From assembly GCA_035526335.1 (NCBI GenBank), contig DATLCN010000046.1, positions 45,251-109,250 on the forward strand: a stretch of 64,000 nt of DNA. Reading direction: 5' to 3'. The translations under genes were made by a program, and so were the position numbers. Under the pieces are notes generated by a model that was not told the DNA's origin, searched no databases, and was given only the letters and a program-made list of their open reading frames with translations. Origin of the DNA: Acidimicrobiales bacterium (GTDB lineage: Bacteria; Actinomycetota; Acidimicrobiia; Acidimicrobiales; GCA-2861595). Shown one piece after another: positions 36,170 to 43,252 of this stretch (the first letter of the stretch is position 1; each line of letters starts with the position of its first letter).

Positions 36170-36880
36170 GTGAAAACGAGGGTCCTGCTGGTCGACGATC
36201 ATCGTGCTTTCGCGGAGGCGGTCGCGTTCCGGCTGGAATACGAACCGGAGCTGGAAGTAGTCGGGGTGGCTGCTTCCCGGGCGGATGCCGAGTCGTACCT
36301 CCGCACCACTGCCGTCGACGTGCTGGTGGTGGACCTTCGGCTCGGCGCCGAAGACGGCCTCGAGCTTGCCTCCGCTGCCCGCCAGGCCGTCCCCGGGCTC
36401 CAGGTGGTGGTACTGAGCCATGTCGACGACGTCGCTTTGGCGACGGCTGCTCTCCGGGCCGGGGCCCTGTCGTTCCTGAGCACGGAGACGACCAGCCATG
36501 ATCTGGTAGCCGCTCTCAAGAGCGCCGGACGGGGCGAGATGTGGCTGGCGCCGGCGATGCTGGAGGCGGTGATCCGCCACCTCCTGGAGGCGGCACAGGG
36601 GGCTGCTTCCTGGCGGCCCCCGTTCTCCCTCCTCACGCCTCGCGAGATCGAGGTGCTCAACTGCATGGCAAGAGGCATGAGTTGCGCGGCCATCGCCGAG
36701 CAGCTGTCGCTGTCCACCCACACCGTGCGCAGTCACGTGCAGAACATGCTGAACAAGCTCAACGTCCATTCGGGGCTGGAGGCCGTGGCGCTGGCGCGGA
36801 GAGCGGGCGTGGTTGACGCACCAGAGCCCGGATCGGCTCCGATGACGCTCGACATCGGAAGCATCCGCCAGGCCAGGTAG
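36170..36880 (+). CDS. NarL/FixJ (LuxR-type HTH) response regulator, orphan, atypical receiver
   Basis: Receiver domain: VLLVDDH and DVLVVDLRLG. C-terminal LTPREIEVLNCMARGMSCAAIAEQLSLSTHTVRSHVQNMLNKL. No histidine kinase gene is adjacent. Confidence 0.85.
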   Translation: MKTRVLLVDDHRAFAEAVAFRLEYEPELEVVGVAASRADAESYLRTTAVDVLVVDLRLGAEDGLELASAARQAVPGLQVVVLSHVDDVALATAALRAGALSFLSTETTSHDLVAALKSAGRGEMWLAPAMLEAVIRHLLEAAQGAASWRPPFSLLTPREIEVLNCMARGMSCAAIAEQLSLSTHTVRSHVQNMLNKLNVHSGLEAVALARRAGVVDAPEPGSAPMTLDIGSIRQAR

Positions 36881-36887
36881 GCGGTCG

Positions 36888-37865
36888 TCAGGCCGAAGAT
36901 GCACCCGGCACCGACGCCGGGCAGCACGTGGCCACGATCTGCTCCACGAGCAGGGGGAGGGTTTCGTAGCTCCGCCGCCTCTCGAGCTGCCAGCCCGGGA
37001 CAGCACCGACGAGACCGACCACCTCGGAGAAGCACCAGGCCTGATCCTCCTTGAGGGGAAGCTTGAAGCTCATGGCGTAGAGGTTGCGGATGGCGACTGA
37101 TGCCTCCAGCGGGGTCAGGCGATCGCGCTTCTCGCTGTTCTTCAGCAGGATCACGCCGCCGATGGGCACCGGGTCACCGGTACCCCGCCGGTGACCGTCG
37201 ATCGACAGGTGGGACCGCCACTGGTCTCTGGCCACCACCGTCGTGCCGGTGAGGTCCATCCGTTCCGCACTGTCCGGCCTCATGCGGAGGAGGGCCGGGC
37301 CAGGGAAGAGGACAGGTGTGGACGTGACGCGGCAGCAGCTGATGTCCTCCGCCAGCACCCGGTAGCCCGCCTGGTGGAAGGCGGCGGCAAGTGTGGTCTT
37401 GCCCGTTCCGCCCGGAGCGACGAACACCAGCGCCTGTCCCGCCACCTCCACGGCGGCGGCGTGCACAGCCAGGTCGCGGCGGGCGCGGAGGCACAAGCTG
37501 GCCGGATAGCTCCACAGCCGCTCCTCCCGATGGACCTCGTCCGGATCGGGCGGCATGGTGACCACCCCCGACCCGGTGTCGATTCCGAACCAACCCTCCT
37601 CGTTCACCTGCAGCCGGAGCTCACCTCCGACCTGGCGCAGCTCGGCTCGAAAAGGGCGTTCGGGGTGCCCTGTGAACAACGCCACGCGGGTGGAGCCAGG
37701 AGGGTCGTCCAACCTCTCCTCGGCGATCTGAAGGGGCACCCCGGATCCCGACCGGACGAACTGCAGCGGCACTGAAGAGGTGACGCCGAACCCGTAACAG
37801 CTGCCCACCGTGGCCTGCCCCGCCGCACCGGTGGTCGTGCCCGAACCCTCGAGCCTTCCCGCCAC
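36888..37865 (-). CDS. HPr-kinase-related (HprK-like) kinase, putative lasso-peptide tailoring kinase
   Basis: P-loop VFVAPGGTGKTTLAAAF in an approximately 300-aa protein, immediately downstream of the PqqD and cyclase genes. Architecture matches the kinases of phosphorylated lasso-peptide clusters. Confidence 0.7.
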   Translation of the reverse strand: MAGRLEGSGTTTGAAGQATVGSCYGFGVTSSVPLQFVRSGSGVPLQIAEERLDDPPGSTRVALFTGHPERPFRAELRQVGGELRLQVNEEGWFGIDTGSGVVTMPPDPDEVHREERLWSYPASLCLRARRDLAVHAAAVEVAGQALVFVAPGGTGKTTLAAAFHQAGYRVLAEDISCCRVTSTPVLFPGPALLRMRPDSAERMDLTGTTVVARDQWRSHLSIDGHRRGTGDPVPIGGVILLKNSEKRDRLTPLEASVAIRNLYAMSFKLPLKEDQAWCFSEVVGLVGAVPGWQLERRRSYETLPLLVEQIVATCCPASVPGASSA

Positions 37866-37873
37866 CTGTCTGC

Positions 37874-38170
37874 TTACTCGTCGAGGCCGGCGTCGAACTG
37901 CGCCAGGTCACGCTCGCGCAGTGCTTCGAGGAACTCCGCCGCCTCCTCGTCCAGCCCAGCCGGCGGGTCGTCGATCCTGGTGCGCAGAGAGGTGAGCAAC
38001 TGGGCGAAGGTGACCTCTTCCTCGAGAAGGCTCCAGATCAGGCCGCCGACCTCATTGACCCCGTGGTACTGCGCGGAACCCACGTGGAGCACCACGCCGC
38101 CACTGCCTTCGGCCAGTTGCCGGTAGACCGCCTCGCTGTTCCGCCGCAGCCGCGTGTCGGGCTCGATCAT
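37874..38170 (-). CDS. PqqD-family RiPP recognition element (lasso B1 candidate)
   Basis: 98 aa. AVYRQLAEGSGGVVLHVGSAQYHGVNEVGGLIWSLLEE...FAQLLTSL...AAEFLEALRERDL matches the PqqD/RRE pattern. Start at ATG 38170. Confidence 0.8.
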   Translation of the reverse strand: MIEPDTRLRRNSEAVYRQLAEGSGGVVLHVGSAQYHGVNEVGGLIWSLLEEEVTFAQLLTSLRTRIDDPPAGLDEEAAEFLEALRERDLAQFDAGLDE

Positions 38171-38195
38171 CTCCGCTCTCCAGCTGCGGCCGGGC

Positions 38196-39977
38196 TCATC
38201 CGAGTGACAGGAAGGCATGCGCGACAGCGAGATCCCGGGCCCAGATGTACTCCCACAGGGTGAGATCCTCTCGCTCGAGGTGACCGGCCAAGGCACCATA
38301 GTCGACACCGTCTACGTTGCGATCATGGCCCAGGATCCAATGACGGAGAGCGGGATAGTCGACGCCGGCCATGATCGCCTCGTTGAAGACGGTGGGCTTC
38401 TCCCGATCGAGAATGGCATCGGGGACCCGCCCCCGCAGCAGGTGACGCACGAGGTCCTTGCTCCGCCGGCCCGGGAACTTCTGCTCCGCTCGGAGGCTGA
38501 TGAAGAACTCCCAGAGGTCCACGTCGGTCCAGGGCATCCGGACCATGATGTTCCGCAGCTCCTGCCGGACCTCGTCCGCTTCGACTCCGATCCCAGGTCC
38601 GCCGAAGGCGACGAGCTGACGGTCGTGCCACCTGGTCCGGGCGCCGACGAGCAGGTCCGAGTCGCCGCCTTCCAGCCGCTCGGCATCCAGGAAGTCGGGT
38701 CGGGGAGCGCCTCGGTACCGGTCCTGGCGGCGGCTCCGCATGTAGCGCAACCTTCCGGGGGCAGCCCATCGGATCAGGTTCCGGGCCGTGCGGGCCGGGC
38801 CGGCGCCGGCGCCCTGCTGGAGTCGCAGTTGGGCCTGAAGCGCCCTGAAGCGGCCGTGGTAGATCAAATGGGTCTCGAGGTGGGAGCGCATCGCCATCAC
38901 GTGCTCGGCCACCTCACCGGTGAGCAGTGTGCGGAAGCCGAGGGCCTCAGCCCGCCGGTAGCTCTCGTCCACCTCGTTCACCGCCCACACGGGGGTCGGT
39001 CCGTCGAGGACCTCCACCCATTCTGTGAGCCTGTCGAGCTGGCCGGCCTGGTGCTCGAAGGTGTGGAGGGGAATGTCGAGGTCGGCGGCCACGATCTCGA
39101 TGTACTCCCGTTCGTCGACGCTCGGCTGGTCGGGGTAGACCGCCGACAAAGCGGAGAGCGGCCGGCCGCCGAGCTCCAGGTGACGGGGCGCGGCGTAGGC
39201 GGCGATGGCGGGTGAATCGATCCCACCGCTGAGCGACACGGCGTCGTGCCCTGTGAGCATGCGGGCGTTGGCCTGGTCCATCAGCTCGTCGAAGCGCTCC
39301 TGGAGCTCCTCCTCGCTGAAGGTGGCCGTTTCGATCAACGACTCGGGATCCCAGTAGCGGCGGAACTCGGACCTGCCGGCGCCGGCCATCATGACCGTCG
39401 ACTTGGCCAGACGCCTCACCCCGCTGACGGCACACGGCGTGTCGTCGTCGTAGTCGCTGAACACGATGGCTGCGACGACATCGGGGTCGGGTCGACGGGC
39501 GATGCCGGCTCCGGCCACGACCTGTTTCGCCTCCGAAGCGAAGAAGACCCTGTCGGGCTCGTTGCGGTAGAAGAGCGACCGGAAGCCCAGCTGATCCCGA
39601 AACGCCCATGCCCGCTGCCCGTCGGTCACGACTGCGGCGAAAACGCCCCGCAGATCCCGCGGTGCCCGCCAGCCCAGGCGCCGGAAGGCGGCCAGGAGCA
39701 GAGCGGCGTGGCTGAACTCCGGCCCGTTCCTCAGGCCCAGCGCCCGGGCCAGGTCTGCAGCGTTGTCGATGACGCCGTTGACGGCAACCCCGAGATCCCC
39801 GTCCACGGCGATGCTGGCCTCGTGGCGGGATGAGCGGTTGCTGACTCCGAGGAGGCAGTGTCCGTGGCGGACCACCTGTCGCTCGTCACCCCTGTGGGGA
39901 GCCGCGGCCAACATCCGCTCGACAGAGGCGGTACCCGAGTCCCCCCGGCGATCCAGAACCGCTACGACGCTGGGCAC
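38196..39977 (-). CDS. Asparagine-synthetase-like lasso peptide cyclase (C protein)
   Basis: PP-loop SLSGGIDSPAIAAYAA. AsnB-like N-domain without the N-terminal catalytic Cys (starts (M/V)PSVVAV rather than MCG). GTG start. Confidence 0.85.
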   Translation of the reverse strand: MPSVVAVLDRRGDSGTASVERMLAAAPHRGDERQVVRHGHCLLGVSNRSSRHEASIAVDGDLGVAVNGVIDNAADLARALGLRNGPEFSHAALLLAAFRRLGWRAPRDLRGVFAAVVTDGQRAWAFRDQLGFRSLFYRNEPDRVFFASEAKQVVAGAGIARRPDPDVVAAIVFSDYDDDTPCAVSGVRRLAKSTVMMAGAGRSEFRRYWDPESLIETATFSEEELQERFDELMDQANARMLTGHDAVSLSGGIDSPAIAAYAAPRHLELGGRPLSALSAVYPDQPSVDEREYIEIVAADLDIPLHTFEHQAGQLDRLTEWVEVLDGPTPVWAVNEVDESYRRAEALGFRTLLTGEVAEHVMAMRSHLETHLIYHGRFRALQAQLRLQQGAGAGPARTARNLIRWAAPGRLRYMRSRRQDRYRGAPRPDFLDAERLEGGDSDLLVGARTRWHDRQLVAFGGPGIGVEADEVRQELRNIMVRMPWTDVDLWEFFISLRAEQKFPGRRSKDLVRHLLRGRVPDAILDREKPTVFNEAIMAGVDYPALRHWILGHDRNVDGVDYGALAGHLEREDLTLWEYIWARDLAVAHAFLSLG

Positions 39978-39988
39978 ATCAAACGCGA

Positions 39989-40024
39989 ATCATCGCCGAG
40001 GCGACTGTGCACCTCGGCGATGAT
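39989..40024 (-). terminator. Perfect 13-bp stem / 10-nt loop hairpin between the lasso precursor gene and the cyclase gene (attenuator-type)
   Basis: ATCATCGCCGAGG-cgactgtgca-CCTCGGCGATGAT. It lies 46 nt after the A stop and 11 nt before the C GTG start. On the minus strand it is followed by TCGCGTTTGATG. Confidence 0.5.
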
Positions 40025-40070
40025 CCAACTCCTCGCGTTTCCGTTCGGAGCCGAAAACCACTCAGTCGCG

Positions 40071-40214
40071 TCAGGGAGAAGCGAACGGGTGCGAAAACTC
40101 GCCGTACTTGTCGGTTTCCATGACCGTCGAACTCTTGTCACCTTTTCCGGGATTGTCGAACGTGTGCTCGGCTACTGAGCCGAAATCCACGATCGTGGGC
40201 TTCTCGTATCGCAT
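40071..40214 (-). CDS. Lasso peptide precursor (A peptide), 47 aa: MRYEKPTIVDFGSVAEHTFDNPGKGDKSSTVMETDKYGEFSHPFASP
   Basis: Strong SD (GGAGGGAGG) 6 nt upstream of the ATG. The leader matches YxxPxLx3Gx5Tx (Y3, P6, I8, G12, T18). It lies directly upstream of the cyclase in a locally lower-GC stretch. Confidence 0.8.
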   Translation of the reverse strand: MRYEKPTIVDFGSVAEHTFDNPGKGDKSSTVMETDKYGEFSHPFASP

Positions 40215-40309
40215 CTGCACCTCCCTCCGTCGTGATCTCGATGATTCTAACCGAGAGTGACCATGGCGGGGAACCCTCAGAAGCACTAGTTACTGTGCTG
40301 TAGCCCCGC

Positions 40310-41143
40310 TCAATAGAGCCCCAGTGTACCAAGACGGCGTTCCCGTCGAAGCGCCAGCCGGAAGGCCAAGCCACCGGCGAGCAGCGAGATGGCCGCCATC
40401 GGCGCCAGCTTGAGCAGGGTGGGGACGATCCCTGACCACCCCGCATGCCCGAGCAGTGCATTGCGGGCCGCGCCCAGGGCGATGGCCACCGGATTGAGAC
40501 GGGCTACGGCCTCCAGCCAGTTCGGTAGCACGTCGAGGGGGAAGTAGGCCCCCGAGGTCATGGTCAAGGCGGCGCCGGCGAAGCCGGTGACGGCGCCGCC
40601 ACGCCTGAAGGTGAGCACGCCGGCCGCGCTCACCACGCCCAGTCCCCAGACGACGGGGATCAGGGCCAGCATCACAGCTGCCGCTGGGCCGAACCCGCTG
40701 AGGTCGAACCCGAGGTGGAAGAGAAAGTGCGCCATTACGAGGAACAAACTGGTGCGAAACGGGACATACACCATGTCGAAGGTCACGAACCCGAGTTGCA
40801 GTGTGGCCGGCGCGCTGGGTGTCATCATCAGGGCCTCGAGGGTTCCCATCAGCTGCTCGTTACGGACGGCCGCCATCACCTGCCCCAGCGCCACCTGCAC
40901 GAAGCCGCTCGTGGCTATACCCACCGCCACGAACTGGAGATACGTCGCACGGCTCCCGCCGAACTGCGGCAACCGGGAGGGGTCCACCAGCCGGCCGACG
41001 AAGGAGAAGGTGACGAGGTTGATCAGCAGCCCGATCCAGTCGGTCCACACTGCGGTCTTGTAGCTGAGCAGCACGAGAAGATCCCGCCGGAAGAAGGCGG
41101 GCAGCTTCCGTAGCTCCTCCACCAGCGCACGACGTCTTGTCAA
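40310..41143 (-). CDS. ABC-2 type transporter permease
   Basis: 277 aa with about 6 TM segments. N-terminal FFRRDLLVLLSYKTAVW is typical of ABC-2 permeases. TTGA overlap with the upstream ATPase gene. Confidence 0.8.
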   Translation of the reverse strand: MTRRRALVEELRKLPAFFRRDLLVLLSYKTAVWTDWIGLLINLVTFSFVGRLVDPSRLPQFGGSRATYLQFVAVGIATSGFVQVALGQVMAAVRNEQLMGTLEALMMTPSAPATLQLGFVTFDMVYVPFRTSLFLVMAHFLFHLGFDLSGFGPAAAVMLALIPVVWGLGVVSAAGVLTFRRGGAVTGFAGAALTMTSGAYFPLDVLPNWLEAVARLNPVAIALGAARNALLGHAGWSGIVPTLLKLAPMAAISLLAGGLAFRLALRRERRLGTLGLY

Positions 41144-42153
41144 GCCTGCTCGCCGTCACCGGTCAGACGGAGGAAGGCCTCCTCCAGCTGGGATCTCTCC
41201 TCCTGGCATGCCACCACCTGGATGCCGTGCGCTCCCAGGTCGTTCATCACGTCTCCGAGGAGCACTTCGTCTTCCAGGGTGACGATGAAGTGCTCGACGT
41301 CAGGCGTGGCCTGGACCGATCCCCTCTGGGCCAGCGCGGCGGCCAGCTGGTCCGCGGTCGGCGGAACGTTGCTTCCGGTTCGTACCCGGAGCAGGAAACG
41401 GCGCAGCTCGACGGTGGCGAGAAGTTCCGGCACGCTCCCGGAGAACCGCACGCGACCCGAGCGGAGAACCGTTACCACCTGGGCGAACCCCTTCACCTCC
41501 TCGAGACGCTGCGTCGCCCATAGAACGGCAGCACCGCGCTCGGCCGCCTGTACCACCAGTGCCCGGATGCGACGAGCTCCTTCCGGATCGAGGTCGTGGG
41601 TGGCTTCGTCCACGACCAGCACACTGGGACTTCCGAGAAGGGCGCGGGCCATCGCCAGTCGCTTTTGCATCCCGTGCGAGTAGACCCCGACGCGGCGGTC
41701 GGCCGCTTCGGTGAGGCCTACCGCCTCCAGGCACTTCCGCGCCCGCTGCAGGGAGTCGCGGCGGTTGCGCCCGTCCAGTCTGGCGAAGAAAGCCAGGTTC
41801 TCCAGGCCCGATATCCGAAGGTAGAAGGTGCGGTCGCCGGAGGGCACCATGGCGATGGCCTTCCGGTATTCCCGGCTGTCGGGGCCGGCGGCCACCCCGG
41901 CCGCCGTCACCTCCCCACTGTCAGGCTGGAGCAGGCCGGTGACGATACGGAGAAGGGTGGTCTTTCCGGCACCGTTGGGGCCCAGCAGCGCATGGATCTG
42001 CTGGCGGGCCACCTTGATCGTGACCTGGTCCAGCGCCTGGAGGGCTCCGAACCGCCGCGACACCTGCGACACCTCCAGGGCGAGGCTGCCATCGGGGGGC
42101 ACCGGAGGCTCAGAGGGGTTCAAACCAGCACACGGCTTCCGATGCGCGAGCAT
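41140..42153 (-). CDS. ABC transporter ATP-binding protein
   Basis: Walker A GPNGAGKTT, signature-like YSHGMQKRL and Walker B VLVVDEATHDLD. Start set at ATG 42153, so it does not overlap the divergent B2 gene. Confidence 0.85.
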   Translation of the reverse strand: MLAHRKPCAGLNPSEPPVPPDGSLALEVSQVSRRFGALQALDQVTIKVARQQIHALLGPNGAGKTTLLRIVTGLLQPDSGEVTAAGVAAGPDSREYRKAIAMVPSGDRTFYLRISGLENLAFFARLDGRNRRDSLQRARKCLEAVGLTEAADRRVGVYSHGMQKRLAMARALLGSPSVLVVDEATHDLDPEGARRIRALVVQAAERGAAVLWATQRLEEVKGFAQVVTVLRSGRVRFSGSVPELLATVELRRFLLRVRTGSNVPPTADQLAAALAQRGSVQATPDVEHFIVTLEDEVLLGDVMNDLGAHGIQVVACQEERSQLEEAFLRLTGDGEQA

Positions 42154-42199
42154 AAGCGACCCGTCGCAGGCCTGGGATCGCTCCGCGTTACCATCTCGG

Positions 42200-42655
42200 A
42201 TGATCGAACCGGGTGACGCGGCACCGGACGTTCCCGGCGCGAAGGCCGTGTACAAGGGACCGCTCAGGCCGGTCGAAAAGCTGCTGCTCTTCGGCCGGAT
42301 CTGGTTCTGGGGAGCATGGGTACGGGTTCAGCTGCGCCGCTGCGAGCTGCCTGACGTCGTAGGGCGGCTCGGGGAGGTCCCGCCACGGGCAGCCTCCCGG
42401 CCGGTGAACCCGCTCAGGCTCGGCAAGATCGTGCACCGAGCGTCGTGGATAGGCCCGTTCAAACCCCGATGCCTGGTGATCGCGCTGGTGCATTTCCGGC
42501 TGTTGAGGGAACAGGGTGAAGCGGCGCAGCTCGTGATCGGACTGCCCGCCGGACCCCAGGACATCGCCGCCCACGCGTGGGTGGAGATGGGCGGCGTGGA
42601 CGTTGGCCCGCCGCCGGGGCGGGGACGCCACGAAGAGCTCGTCCGTTACGCCTGA
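42200..42655 (+). CDS. Lasso peptide leader peptidase B2 (transglutaminase-like Cys protease)
   Basis: 151 aa. Catalytic-type Cys in KPRCLVIALV and His in AAHAWVEMGGVDV. N-terminal hydrophobic LLLFGRIWFWGAWV is typical of McjB C-terminal-domain homologs. Confidence 0.8.
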   Translation: MIEPGDAAPDVPGAKAVYKGPLRPVEKLLLFGRIWFWGAWVRVQLRRCELPDVVGRLGEVPPRAASRPVNPLRLGKIVHRASWIGPFKPRCLVIALVHFRLLREQGEAAQLVIGLPAGPQDIAAHAWVEMGGVDVGPPPGRGRHEELVRYA

Positions 42656-42674
42656 ACGGTGAGGGCGGATGGGT

Positions 42675-43037
42675 TCAGACGGAGATGTCCGGGTTGCTGA
42701 GGCCGACCTCGGTGTCCTGAGGGCTGTTTATCTCGACGAAGCCGTTGCACGCCAAGGCCAGGATGAAGGCTGCGATCTCTTCGCGAAACGAGTTCGGAAT
42801 ATCCTCGAACCGGACCTCGAGCCCGGCCAGCAGGCTGAGGAAGGTCGGGCCTCCTTCCAGGAGGGCCCAGACCACCGCGCCCACATGGTTCACGCGGTAG
42901 CAGTTCTCTGCATCCCGCAGGTAGAGGGCGCCGCCACTCAGGTCCGAGAGCTCGTGGTACACCGCCTGCGGGCTGCGGCGTATCTCAGCATGGTCAGCGA
43001 CTCCCCCCATGGTTCGGGAAGTGTAGCGGGACGCCAA
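42675..43037 (-). CDS. Second PqqD-family peptide-binding protein (RRE / peptide chaperone)
   Basis: AVYHELSDLSGGALYLRDAENCYRVNHVGAVVWALLEGGPTFLSLLAGL...EIAAFILALACNGFVE parallels the first PqqD protein. The start may be at M10 (43010). Confidence 0.75.
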   Translation of the reverse strand: MASRYTSRTMGGVADHAEIRRSPQAVYHELSDLSGGALYLRDAENCYRVNHVGAVVWALLEGGPTFLSLLAGLEVRFEDIPNSFREEIAAFILALACNGFVEINSPQDTEVGLSNPDISV

Positions 43038-43252
43038 TCAGGGACTGTGAGGAAGCTACCTGCGCGGCACTGGCGACTTCAGGGCGTTGCGCGACGGCCT
43101 CCTCGGCCTTCGGCGGCGTAAGTAGCTTCATCTCGGGCCATACGGCGATTTAGCTAGAAAAACTCGTCCACCCGGCGGAGCCCGGGCCTGCTGCCGACCT
43201 GTCACAATGGAAGAGCGCAACCGCCGGCGGACTCTGACTGGGTGATGATGTA

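Noticed and set aside
42994-43131. 45-aa minus-strand ORF (MKLLTPPKAEEAVAQRPEVASAAQVASSQSLIGVPLHFPNHGGSR) upstream of PqqD-2, considered as a second precursor peptide.
   Set aside because: It has no YxxPxL-type leader motif, no Thr(-2)/Gly pattern and no obvious SD. It also overlaps the start of the PqqD-2 ORF in another frame. The evidence is not sufficient.
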